Source of the DNA: Bugula neritina
Lineage: Eukaryota; Animalia; Bryozoa
Assembly: GCA_964035545.1 (NCBI GenBank)
Contig: OZ037770.1
Span: forward strand, 14,064,642 to 14,128,641
Direction of reading: 5' to 3'
DNA: 64,000 nucleotides
In this document: one piece after another, positions 14,341 through 27,800 of the stretch
How positions within the stretch are numbered: the stretch's first letter is position 1
How the letters are laid out: each line of letters begins with the position of its first letter
Translations under genes and position numbers: made by a program
The notes under the pieces: generated by a model
Told to the model about the DNA's origin: nothing
The model's input: only the letters and a program-made list of their open reading frames with translations
Database searches by the model: none

Positions 14341-14560
14341 AACTTTAAACCTTTAAGCCATGCCGCTCTGTAATTAGGCCGTGTGTTATGGCAGCAGCTA
14401 AGAATAGCTGCATGCAATGAAGGTCAGCAATATCAGTTTCACGGGCATCAACATATGAACACAAAATTTATCATAAAACAAAAGTGAGCAGACAATTCCA
14501 AACACTCTGCAGATGATAGATATAAAATATATTATATACTAATATTTTATTACTGCATAA
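14341..14560 (+). repeat. Dispersed repeat, homologous to 59121-59395
   Basis: Shared collinear blocks CTTTAAA..TTTAAGCCA, GCATGCAATGAAGGTCAGCAAT and AATATTT.ATTACTGCATAAA. Confidence 0.5.
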
Positions 14561-16245
14561 ATTAAGTGTGTCCGGAATACTTTAGTAAATGCTGATAATT
14601 TTAGACTTTGAAGTTGTCTCCCCCAAGTTGCTTGATGCTACAGAATAAAGAAATAGCATCAAGTTTATCAAGCTAACCAGTGATTAACCCCACAGTTGAA
14701 GCTGTTACAGTTGCTACGTCATGAAATTTAGTGTTTATTCTAACAACTTGTAATTATAACAATTAATTAAATCACGTTTGCATTTAAATATTTTAACTGA
14801 TTGTATACTATAGTTTTTATTTAACAACTGTGATTGGTATCTACACAAAATAGAACAATTATATTTTACAGAAATGACCATTTTTTATTGTTGTACCAAG
14901 CAAACATTTTTATTCATTATATCCTAATAATTCTAATGACATATTATAGTAAATAATTCTATGCATATAGTTTTTTGTGTGCATTTAATACTTTTAGATC
15001 TTGATTTAAACTGGTGCAACCTGATTTATGCATCAATTATATAAACTGAATTTTTAAAAACTCATTACGTACATAATTTAGGCAAACATTATTATAAAAT
15101 TCTATTTAGTAGGCTACACTGGTTATCAGGATGTTATTAGTTACATATCAGTTATTTTTTTAAACTTTTTGAGCTATTTGAATAAAATTGTATGTACTTT
15201 CTATACAATGTAATAAAAGCCAACCATTTTTTCCTTTTTCTTATTAGTTTGAAGGCAACTATTTGTCCTACATTGCGCCCTTGAAAACATCTGTTTAACA
15301 TTACTTAAAGCTGCATACCCATAGCATTGCATATTAAGTAATAATAGACGTGCAACAGATGTTTAAATCAGTGTCTACAGATTGTTTCATATATAAACTT
15401 GGCATTATAGCTATAACACTGATATTCTGGAATGATGAATAGGAGCATTTGGTAGTAATATGTGTGGAAAATAAGCCTCTAGACTCTCTTTTGAGAGTTG
15501 CCCACTCATTCTCACAATGATAACCTAACCCAGATTTCTAAATGTGCTCAAACTCAAAATACATATAAATATATAATTTGGTTTGAGCATCTTTATTTTG
15601 AAAACCTTAGTTAAATTTTTATTCACTTAAAAGTCAGTACACAAAAGAGCGCTTTTGCTTGAGGTCCATAGTTTACAGTTTTCGCTAGTGTAACAGGTGT
15701 CTACCATATACGTTTCAATAAGCTGCGGGTAAAGTTTACTAAAAGGATCTAAATAGTAGTAACTAGTATAGGATGTGGAATTTATATAAGATAATTCGTC
15801 TCAGACCATTCTATTGTCTTGAATAGCATAGCTTGCAAGCATAATCTATTATAATTGTCATGAATAGAAGTAGAACCTAAGAGCCCATGCTGCAGTGCTG
15901 GATGCAGCGGAACAAAAATTAGGGATGAATTTTCGTAAAAAGATGCAAGAATTTGGTTTTTCAAACAATGCATTCAAAGGCAGTATTCATTCGCACCAGT
16001 TGTCATATTTTATCTGAATTATACACAAATATATTTGCTTTATTTGTTGGGGTGATATCTCGTAGCAAGAAAACTATATAGCCCGGTTTGTAGTTCCGCC
16101 ACTTGTTTAGTATTAACTAACCATTAGTTAACCCGCATACTATCAAGTGTGTGTACAGAGGTTTACAGTAAACAATCTACTGAGGACTATCCTACTGTTG
16201 TCCGCTATTTCAACATAGCATTACATAGCTGGTAGTTCAGACAAG

Positions 16246-16659
16246 ATGGAGCAGACTAACATAGCAGCAGTTCTTCATGGGCCTTCAGATGTGAAGATTG
16301 TGAGTGATTATATTTTACTTTTATTTTATATTAAGATGGGTTCTAAACCATTATTTCTTTTATAATTAAAAGACAAAACAAACTTGAGTATAATTTTTTA
16401 AAGTAACCATTTTTTAATGTCACTGTGAGAACCCCTGGAGGATTTTGTTTAAGCAGGCTAAGGACTTGCTTTTTACGGTGGCACAGGAGCAATTATGACC
16501 AAATGCTCCTCCTAACATCACCATGCAGTGACCTTCACTGCAATTTGAACCACTGACCTGTTAACTAACCAAAAGCTCTAACCAGTAGACCACAGCTACT
16601 CATAATTATATAATAAACACATAATGGTTTAGCAGCTTACTAATATATATATTTATATT

Positions 16660-16752
<93 letters not shown>

Positions 16753-16753
16753 T

Positions 16754-16833
<80 letters not shown>

Positions 16834-19800
16834 AATTATAAAATATAAATTTAATAGTTATAATATAGCGTAACAGGACTTTAATCAAACAGAAAAATAT
16901 CAACTTTTAACATAGCTAATACTAAAAAGCTCAACTGTGACCAAGCTATGCTGTGCTTCACTTCATTCAATAGCATTTGGAGGAATGTAAAGCAATTTTA
17001 ATATTGTTGACACTCCATCTTGTTTACTTTCGGCGACTTTAATAGATGCTTACAGCTACAATTGTGAAAACAATGATGTTCTTTTCAAAATGACAACAAA
17101 TAATATGCAGTCACTTTCATTAATAAAAATAGCTGCATATAATGTAAGTGTCAATGCTGATTATAATGATTTGTATTTTGCCGATGCACTGGTGACGTGA
17201 TGCAGTGCAGTTCAATGCCATGGATCATGTAATACAATGTAACACATAATTGACAATGCATTCAATTGTAAATATATTGCTCTGTCATACTGTATTAGGA
17301 AATTGAGTTTATTACCATTATATAATGCTTGTTAGTTTGTATACTTAACACAGAACAGAGTTATGCTTTGAGCGAATCTAACTTTTACATTATTTGTTGT
17401 TAGGAAAGTTGGCCAGTTGAAGAACCCAAGCATGGAGGTTAGTTTATGAAATCTATACTCTACTAAAGCATTTTAATTTGGCTGTAGAGATATTTTAGAA
17501 CTACGTTGTTACCTACCTTTGGTTTAGAATTCATAATTTAATAAAAAAGAAAATAAAACTGCATAAACAAACCATTTACTTGAGCTAATATAATATTATG
17601 GTTTTATTTGTGTTTGCTCGTTTTGCTTCAGCTACAATTTCGTGGCATAGTTTATTATTTACAGCAGACTTTGCGTTTAGAGCTCATTGAATCTAGCCAT
17701 TGTGCTGTATCTACCATCATCAATTACTTTGTTTCTAATTATATTCAGAGACATATTTGCATTGGAAACTTGCCAAATAAACAAACACTAAATATAGTTT
17801 ACATTATGACTGATCACAATAACATGTAATAATCTTTATAGCTAAAATACTAATGTATGAATCTTAGATATGTTTTAAAAATCTCTGTGAATATTTGAGA
17901 CTGTGTAAAATTTTATTTGTTTTATTTAAACTGCTTGCTGTATGTGATAAACCACATTTCTATAATAAATTATTATGCAACTCTATTCAAATGACTAATT
18001 ATCAAAGACATAGTCTAAGACTTTATATGTAAGTAGACACTCTAAACTCTAAAAGTAAGTTTATGCTTCCAGAAGCACAAATAAGGGACAACCTATGAGG
18101 TCTAGCTATCTTCTTATTACAGAGGTCCAGGTGAAAGTTCACTCTGTTGGAGTCTGTGGCACAGATATCCACTACTGGAAAAGTGGGGCGTTGTTTGACC
18201 AGCCCCTTCCTCACCCAATGGTTCTAGGGCACGAGACTTCAGCCACTATTACCAAACTTGGTCCAGGAGTAGACAACTTTGAAATTGGTAACTAGTTCTT
18301 TTAACTATACAATACATACATAAATAGATGTAGTAGATATATTAGACAAAATAGAAACTTTCTTTTTTCAACTGTAGAATATAAAATAATTCGTGCAAAT
18401 TATATTATTCATTTCACTGCATTTCCATGGCTTTGTATTATGCAAATGAGTGGTTCTATAACTAATAAATTTGTGGCCTGCATGAACCTATGCATGGGTT
18501 GCTTCTAAACATCGCGTCTATCAAAAAACCCATGCGATAAGCTTGGGCTTGTCAAAGTCATGCATATTCAATAAGATTATCTTATTTTCTTCACTTGCGC
18601 AGTTTTCGCCTTGAATATTATTGCAGTTAAATAATTAAATATGTTAAACTTATTCAAAAACATAGGCTTTTTACCCAAAAGGTGATCGAGTGCACTTGCA
18701 CCCTGCCCCTGCATGTCATGTCTGTAAGTGTTGCATTGAGGGTAACGCACATAACTGTCAGTTCATAAAACTGGGTAAAGCATTCCACGGAAGTATTCGG
18801 AGAGTGTGCAACCACCCTGCAGAGTACACAATCAGGTATTACATCACTTCCTTTGAGTTTGAGATGAATAGCTTAGCAGATATTACAATTTATATTATTA
18901 TTATACTAATAGTAATAATAGTAATATTAATTATGTTCCTAGTATATACATGCAAAGTTTGTTAGTTTAGTAAGTAGTGGGGAAAGATTGTTATCATTTT
19001 TCAAACATGCTTGGCTTTTCAAACAAATTGGCTTATTCCCTGAAATAAGCCAATTATGTATACTATATGCAGTATTAAATTAACATGATGAAATACTTTT
19101 GAACATTTTATGGTAGCATGAAACGCAGAGCCTAGTTTTTTAAATGTGTTGGACGTACTAAATATAATAATTCTATAATGAAAAATATAGTTTTATCTGT
19201 AAATCTATAATGTACTAAAATATTATCAATAGACATGGTACCAGCCCAGCTGGACTGTATATAGGCACTGCACATAGTTACACAATACGTAAAAAGACAT
19301 AGCTCATTGTCAAGCCATCTGTTGTATAACAGATGGCTTGACAATAATATAGTATCAATTAGTTAAGATTTCTTATATTCTTATGTGGCTTTGTAATTCT
19401 AACTTTATAAGAAATTAAAATATATATACTGGATTATAATACAACTAGATAACGATCAATTTATACCTAAAAAAAAATATATACGAATTTACTAATAATA
19501 GTGGCCTTCTAATTTTTTACTATTTTTATACTAGTTACTAAAAAAAATGATGGACTGCTTTTATTAAAAACTCTTGCAACTGCATAAACTTAAGCAAAAA
19601 TGTTTATTACTTATCACAAAAGCTAAGCTATACCAGATATAAAATGTTATATGATATGTCGTTTGTATTACATTAAAATTATTTGCTGTAACTTATAAAA
19701 AGCAGTTTCAAATTATAGAATGCCAGAAAACCTGACAATGGAGGAAGGAGCTTTGATTGAGCCGTGGACAGTGGGAGTGTACGCCGTAGAGAGGTCCGCT

Positions 19801-21700
19801 ATTACCGTAGGACAGAAGTGTGTGATCATTGGAGCGGGTGCTGTCGGAGTTATGGTATTCCTGGCAGCGCGGTTGGCTGGTGCTGTAGACATCTGTGTTG
19901 TAGGTATGTCTCGTTGGAGGTTGGTGAAGCGGGTTGGTGCAGCGTCAGAGAAACTAAGAAAAACCTGTGTTTTAGATGAAAAACTTTACAATAACATTTG
20001 TACTTTTGCATTCTGTAGATTTTACATTTGATTCAAAGCTCATGCATAGACATTTAAAAAATTTAAGCTAATAAAATGTCTCTGTTATACTGCAGCAGTT
20101 GAATATACTCGTAGTTGCATAATTACATAAGCTTAATGTATAATGGTCAACATGTGCACAAGGATATATAGCTTCTTTTTTAACTTTCCTGTGCAGGTGG
20201 CACTCATTGCACAATATTTCAATTGGCATAAATATTTACTATTTTTAAAGTAAGTCATCGTATGAGCAATAATATGTTTCATGCTCATAAGTATACAAAG
20301 TAACTATGCATTTACTCCGTATGTAATGTAATCTTGCAAAAGGCTAAAGTCTGAAGTCAAAATCCCGTTACTTTTATGATATTCATATTTACTCAGATAT
20401 TTCCAAGCCAAAGTTGGAACTGATATCAAAGGTTGGTGACTGCAAGACTATACTGGCCAGCAGAGATTCTAAAGAAACTGCCCGCAACATTGAAGAATGT
20501 CTGGGAGGGAAACCGGATGTGGCTTTCGACGCATCTTGTACAGTGCCTGGAATTACAACAGCAATATACGTAATACAATATTTCCACCAGCATAATATAC
20601 TGTTCAGATTGCTTCGAACAGATTTGTACAGTGGGGTTTGTGGTTGAGGTTTTCATTAACTTATATGATTGTGCTTTTATTAGATGCAACTGTTTCCAAT
20701 GACAAGTTGATTCGAGTATTTGCAGTAGAAACGTAGTGTTAATACCCTCACTACTTCAAGTTAACTATATAGTGTGCTGACATATATGTTGCAGGCAGCA
20801 AAGCCGTGTGGTAAAGTGGTGCTAGCAGGACTTGCCCCTGAGACCTGTACGCTGCCGATGCAACATGCTGCCATCAATGAGATTGACATCCTGAATGTTG
20901 TGAGATTTGGTACTTGGTATGTTTATTATTATAAATATACTTTATATTTAAATTCTTAAATTTATATACTATCTTATGTATTATATTCAAACATATTATA
21001 TATTTAAGTTATTTAAATTATAAACTGTTTGATATTATATTCAAACATATTATATATTTAAATTATTGAATTTATATACTATCTTATATTTTATATTCAA
21101 ACGTATTATATATTAATTTTCATTAAGTCAATTAAATTAGCTCAAACATTACCTTATTAATCAGACATTAATAAATAGTCTACTGATACGATGCATGCTA
21201 CTCTGTAAATATCATATTATTATAAAGGGGAGTAGTTTGAAATCACTCATATATCATATGGTAGTAGATGCAATCATTTTGAATTCAATATTTTATTGAT
21301 TGCTTAGTTAAATTATTTACTTTTATTCATGTAAAGTTTGAAAATATAGTAAATCAACCTATAACATTTCTTTTAATTTAATTATAAACTGAGATAGGTA
21401 ATTTAATCATGCAAGCTGTGCTAAATATTTTAAATAAACTATAATAATTATTCAAATTAATTTGTATTAGGTAATTTAACTGAGTTGTACTAGAATTATA
21501 ACCTAATTAAATAGTAGTAGCTAATTCAAATAAATTTTACTAGTTACCCAAGAGCAATAGAAGTGTTGAGAGCTGGGAAAATCAACCTAAAGTCGCTCAT
21601 TGCTAAAAAGTTTCCATTAGAAAAGGCTGGCGAGGCTATCCAAGCCATGGCATCTGGTCTCACGCAAGGGTTCAAGGTCATTGTTGATTGTACACAGTAA
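16246..21700 (+). CDS. SORD: Sorbitol dehydrogenase-like zinc-dependent medium-chain polyol dehydrogenase, 347 aa
   Basis: Eight exons 16246-16299, 17404-17437, 18123-18287, 18682-18835, 19719-19903, 20397-20569, 20795-20916, 21544-21700 (1044 nt, in frame). Motifs: [20 protein letters not shown], structural-Zn CHVCKCC-x7-C, EEGALIEP, Rossmann GAGAVG followed by the NAD-specifying Asp (VVDIS), C-terminal FKVIV. Confidence 0.9.
16419..16601 (-). mobile_element. tRNA-derived SINE copy (SORD intron 1)
   Basis: Reverse complement reads GAGTAGCTGTGGTCTACTGGTTAGAGC...GGTTCAAA...GGTGATGTTAGGAGGAGCATTTGGTCATAATTGCTCCTGTGCCAC, matching the 41247 copy. Confidence 0.7.
16665..16828. repeat. Interrupted (TA)n microsatellite
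   Basis: Two TA blocks, each preceded by ATTTATATTTATGT. Confidence 0.95.
20940..21115. repeat. AT-rich minisatellite (TATATTCAAACATATTATATATTTAA core, ~3-4 copies)
   Basis: Core repeated at about 20983, 21037 and 21092 in SORD intron 7. Confidence 0.7.
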
Positions 21701-24386
21701 TGAACTAAAACACACCAGTATACTATGTCCTTATTATATGTTGGCGCTATGCCAGTATGGTGGCAGCACTACAAAACATGTTAAGTTATCTGCTGGGTAC
21801 TGGAGTTTAAGTGCTGTTTGGACAAAATTTATGGTTTCAACTTTCAGCAATTATTTGTGTTAATTTTTACTAAAACTTATACTTTAAATACAGCATTAAA
21901 GTGGAGTAGACCAACTGTTGATATATAATATTGTTGTGATGGTATCCCTTGTGATGACAGTTTTGAATATCAAATAATTTTTTTTAAACTTATATATTAC
22001 TGGTTTTGGTTATCGCTTTATTATATATTACTATAATTAGTACTTTACACCCATATTCATATGACCGTCATGCATAATCAATGTTTACCATGAATAAATT
22101 ATATATTTATCACATTATAATAAAATTGTATGCCTTTTAAATGCCTTCAATTGCTTTTTTATTTAATCTTTATTGAAATAATTCGGTTCCCTAACATGAT
22201 ATAAATTTATTTAGGCGCATTATACCGCAACTAAATAAATTTATATATTATAATTATATTATAATTATATTATATTATATTATATATGATTATAATTAGG
22301 CAAAAATTCCAATACCTCCCAAACCTTCTTTTGCTATAACATTACTGCACCTAACCCATAGACAGTAATGGCAAGATGTTAATAATATCCTCATGCATGC
22401 AGTATACAGAACATGTTGGTGGTTTGACAGCTGTCATGTTATGTAAGACATCCAGTCATAATAACTTCTGTATCACGTGGAAAGGTTGAAAGTCACTCTG
22501 CCAGCATAGTCTGGGACAAAGTCTAAAGTATGCAGGTTATACTGCCATCGCAAGAGTTGCAAGAGAAGAAACAAAACAAAAAGTTGTTGTCTGCCGAGTT
22601 ACAGTAGACTATAATATACTTGTGTATAAACAGCTGGCTCTGCACACAAATTAAAATTTTCACTTTGCTGCTTAACTGAAACCCTACAGCCTACTGGGTG
22701 CAGAGATCGGATTGCTTTTATAACTTATAAGTTTACAATTTCTGGTTAAGACATTAGAATGAACTATTTCAATACCTATAGTTCATTACTAGACAATTTC
22801 GAATACTTCTAAGTTTTTTTTATAGAAACTTGTGCTGCTAATAGAAATCTTGAATTTTAGGTTTGAAAAATATATCTTTATAAATATAATATACGGATAT
22901 GATCTAGTTGCAGTGCAGATGTATACATAATTTAAAGCTAATAATAGCTTTGTTGGTTATGTAACTTGCCTTCTTTTAGTATCAGCACTAGAATTGGCTT
23001 TGCTGAAATATAGAAAAACACAACTAAATAAACCACTAATCTTAATAAACACGATTACTTAATAGCATATTTGTTAGCAGTTTGAAAAATGTAGCAACAA
23101 AAACTATATTGACACGCAGTAATTCTGATATCGAGTTTTAAAGAATAGAGTACACAACTCTCAATTATATCACTGTTCTCTATGTACATGTATTGGAAGT
23201 GGATTGGGCTAAAATTATTAAGCAATGTCAACATTATTACACTTGATATTTAGCCTATTAAATATACATAAAGTGAAAATAAGTTACTATAACTTTAGCT
23301 GGTGGACCTTTGAATTTAGCTAGACACACATAATTTCTATACCCTGCAACAGACTAGATATGAACCTATAACATTGTGCCTCAGTATAATGTTAACATAA
23401 CGTGTGGAAATGAAATTCTCTAACTGTATTTATATATAAATGATTGAATGACATAAAATTATCTAAAGGAAGAATTGTAATTGTACACATTGAGGAACTA
23501 GGCAAAGGAATAAACATTTATACTAAAGCTTATAGAAACAACTTCCATCACTACATAACATATTAAATTTTAACAAATAAATATAATGGGACATATGTGT
23601 TTGATGATTTTGGTATAACAGCTGATATTAAAATATGTCCAGTTTTAGAATTCTTTAGCTATAGTAATGTCCAACATCAAACTCTTAAGTTATATGCAAT
23701 AATTATATAGCAATTAAAGCATATATTCTGCATGTTTATAAATAATATTATTCAATTAATATATATTATTATAATGTCCAGCTACAATTAAACTGATAGT
23801 TAAACAAACATAAAATTTGCAACAGTTTACTAACATAGAAATATGTGAAAATAGTCAATTTGGCATGAATAAAAAACAATTTGGCTTTAATAATATTAAA
23901 AGATCAATAAATGCATGCACACTTTATTATTAAATGGAGTAAATATAACAGTTGTTATATAACGTGCAACTTTATAGCGTGGGTTGCGGAATACTTTAAT
24001 GAGCCATGAAGTAAGAGTTGTGTTCTCTGCGATATATTTTACTCTAAAATAGAATGGGCGGAGCTAAGCCATCTAGGCACCTTTTTATTGGGTAGTTAAA
24101 TGACAGATTGAAAACAACGCGCAGTTTCAATGGAAATGTACTTCTATAATGCTGGTTTAGTTATCTTGAACTATGTGTCATTATTTACACTAGCCGCTGA
24201 AAATGTGCCCAGCTTTGTGATGCACTAGCTAGTAAAGTTACAATTAAAACCTGAAGCTATGCGTCTTAGACTTGCTTGTGCAAGCGGATAGAACAGATAC
24301 ATAATTAATGATTTAAACGACAGAGTTTTTTCTTTAAATTCTTCAACAGCATAATTGAAATTTAGCAATATCTCGATCTGTCAATC

Positions 24387-24884
24387 ATGAGTAGAATTGA
24401 CAATCGCGACAGCATCATCTCCGAATGGCTGACCAGCCTAGGTCTACAGCAATATTCCGAAGCATTCTACGACAACGGATACGACGAGTTGGAGCTGTGT
24501 AAGCAGATAGAAGATGCCGATTTAGACGCCATAGGTGTCTCCCACCCACTACACAGAAAGATCATTTTCAATTCTGTAAACAAACTGAGAGCTGAAGGAG
24601 CGACCTCTGTATACTTTACTCTGGAAGACGTTAACAAATATAGAACTGGGCCCACTAATTCCATAGCCATTCAGGGCAAAACTTATCCATCAAGAGAATG
24701 TCTCTATGACGTATCTCCGAAAGGACAGCAGAGCTGTTCTCTACAGCCTGGAACCTTTGGCACCGGAATTCGAAACGAAGCTCAACAAAATATGCAGTCG
24801 TACACAACTGACACATTGACTGATATTTTACAACGCAAACTTCAAATGGATGAAATTGATATCACTCGTAGCCCATACATTCAG
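24387..24884 (+). CDS. SAMD5: SAMD5-type first exon (N-terminal SAM domain)
   Basis: IISEWLTSLGLQQYSEAFYDNGYDELELCKQIEDADLDAIGVSHPLHRKIIFNSVNKLR...VYFTLE and ILQRKLQMDEIDITRSPY match recalled SAMD5 motifs. Donor CAG|GTAAAT at 24884/24885. GC box GGGCGG at about 24056. Confidence 0.85.
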
Positions 24885-27800
24885 GTAAATTTTCGCAATT
24901 TCACATCCCTTACTATTTCTACCAAATTGACATTAATTTATTACTGTAGTTGCGATTATCTTTATGCATTTTACAGTTCGATAATGATTAAACTTGACAC
25001 AGTCGGACTAATATTAATAATTACTATAAGTATAAGTATAACTATTAGACTTAGTTAGAGCTATCACTATAGCCATAGGTGATAGGACAAATAATGTGTA
25101 GCCATAGGCATAGGTGTTTGGGAAGTCTTCCAGATGATTTTGTTTACTACCTACAGTTACTAGTACTACTACTAGTAATACTAATAGCACTAAGAGTAAT
25201 ACTAATGATAATATTAATAGTAATACTTATACTTAATGTTATAGTTTTACTATAACTAAGAAAGTAGGTGGAACTATACAGCCGAACTGTAATACTTGGT
25301 GGGAAATATTAAATTATATGCACCACTTGATGGATTGATTTTTCCTCCTGAATTTAAAGCTCCTCGTGAGAAAGCTAACGGTAACATCAATGAGTCAATG
25401 ACTCATCGTAACTATGGCAACCTAGAGCTGAGTACTATAAATGGTGCTAAAACTGAGATCTAACAAGCATTAATTACAAAAACTAATTAATCAAGTTTTA
25501 TGTGGTAAGAAAATGAATTCATAATAGTAATCATATAATAATACACCTGTATAGCCTTCAAATTGAAATAATCGATGGCAAACAAGGTCTTTGGTAACTA
25601 CTACCGTTAGAATTATTCTAACTTTTCATTTTTTCAAGCTTGTTGAAAAATATTCCTTCCGGAATCTCCATTTGTGGCTTTCTCCTCCATATTGTGATTA
25701 TATAGCAATTGCCTTTGGTGATCTAATTTAACAGTGATGTACCCAAAATTAGGCTACTTCCACATAAATTAAGACCAAACTTGGCTACTGACTTTATTTA
25801 GATTCCAATAAAGGAAAGGTGCTACACATTAGTATACTCTGTATCTTACGCATGTTTACAGAAAATGTTGCCCAGTGTGAAAACCCAGATAATGCTTCCT
25901 TTGCACATAATTCTACCTCTCCACTCATTCAGCACGCCAATCTAGATTTCAAAGTTATGCAGGTTGAGGTTATACTTTTATTTATTCCAATGATATGGCC
26001 ACATGTATAAATTCCCACCAGTAGCAACTACACTAATTCACCTGGTCTCAACATGTAGATGTTATTTCATCACCACCAGGTAGACATATAAATACTGGAT
26101 CTAATAAGGATGTTTGGCCAAGTTATCATGGCCTTTAACCTTTAGATTTGCTGCTGTACATTACCAAAAGAATGTTCACCATCCTTTGTAACATGTGCAT
26201 CCACTTTGTTCAAACATACAATTAGGTTGTGTTTTTGTTTATCTCATCAAACAATCAAGTAATTAGTTATTCATCCTGACTCACACGACCACCTATCATT
26301 CCTGTATATGCACTTGGCTACTAGTATACTGTTTCATTATATCTATTGTAACTAATTTTAGTTCACTTTATTAAGTCTATTTGAATCAAACACTGGTTTT
26401 CAGTTGATTCAGGTAGATTAGCAGCTAATTATGAAGATTCTAAGGCTTAGAACTGTATCTTATTTGTTGAGCTGTTGTAATTTACTAGTGAGTAGCACTG
26501 TATTTTTAAGAAATAATGCGGAATGTAGTTTTCTTCGACTAAACTGAGTCCAGAGTACGTTGTGATCAAATAACACGTAGAATCATGCTGTTTGGGTTTG
26601 TTTTACTAAATAATTTTGACACCAACAGCCTACCCTTGCTTCTAATGGATATATTTACATGTTTGACATGGTTCTGTTATATCAACTTTCTAGTGACTAA
26701 AGATTACATTTCTGGCAATTTCATGAGTCTATTCTAAAGATAATTGCAAAAATTACAGATAATTACTAATAATTATAGAATTTAAGCAGAATTGCCCTAA
26801 AGCCAAATCTTATAGTATACTTTCCCTTCATTCAAAGTGACATATCAAAGTGAACTGCCCCCAACTAATATATTACTAGGACGTTGGAAGGTTTATTTTC
26901 CTACCACCAACTATTAGTTGTAAGAATTTATGTCAAATATGAATAAATTAATGTCAACAGGTGAGATTGTTGAAAGATTATTTTCTGAAGAGTTTAAAGA
27001 AATAATGATAAACTAATTATCAGTTTTCCCATGACTTATTGAGTTTTTAAGTTTCATTTACTTTCAATATTACTATAAACTACAAGATTATTAGGCTTGG
27101 AAATATTCGAAGGTGTAAACAATTTTAGTAGTTATAGTGAGGGAGCAATAATTGTAACTAAGAAAGTCATCGTAATTATTTATGATAATTTTCCACAATT
27201 TATTCATTTTCGCTCTTATTTCTACACCCTAAAGTTGCATTATGCAAACAGAAATTGAAGAATTATCTGTAAAGTTATATGACAGTCGACAATATGTAAT
27301 AATATTACGAAATTGATCCTCCCAGATTTTGTGTTTTCCAGGGTCCAACATTTTCAGCTCTTTGATTCTTGCTTAACAATTCATTAGTAGTTGAATGAAT
27401 GCCAAAAATTAAATATGATAAAACAGGTAACCTTCATATAACTGTAGTAGTTTTAGTCTTGATTTACATCCGTGTGAAACCTAACAACATTTCAGTAGGA
27501 AAAGTCATTATGACAGTAAAGCTTGACACTATGCATTAGCAACCCTAAAAATGTCATGGAAGAAAGTGAATTATCACAAACTTTCTGTTTGAACAGCTGA
27601 GCTAAACAAAGTTCTGCATATATAAAACTTAGCCTCAGAACAATGGATCTAGTTTCCCTGCTTCTAGCAATATTTAGCAGTTTAGATAACCCAGTGCCCA
27701 AAGGCTAAGCCCCTAATACCCGTGGAGTAGTAAAGCAAACGTCCGCACCACAAAGGGCTTATTGGGTCCTGTAACAGTATAAAGTTGGTAGCAGCTGTAG

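Noticed and set aside
16246-21700. Horizontal (bacterial) origin of the divergent dehydrogenase
   Set aside because: Seven spliceosomal introns, at positions consistent with animal SORD genes.
25760-26300. Possible decayed LINE reverse-transcriptase fragment (NKGKVLHI)
   Set aside because: A single short motif with multiple stops; insufficient without a search.
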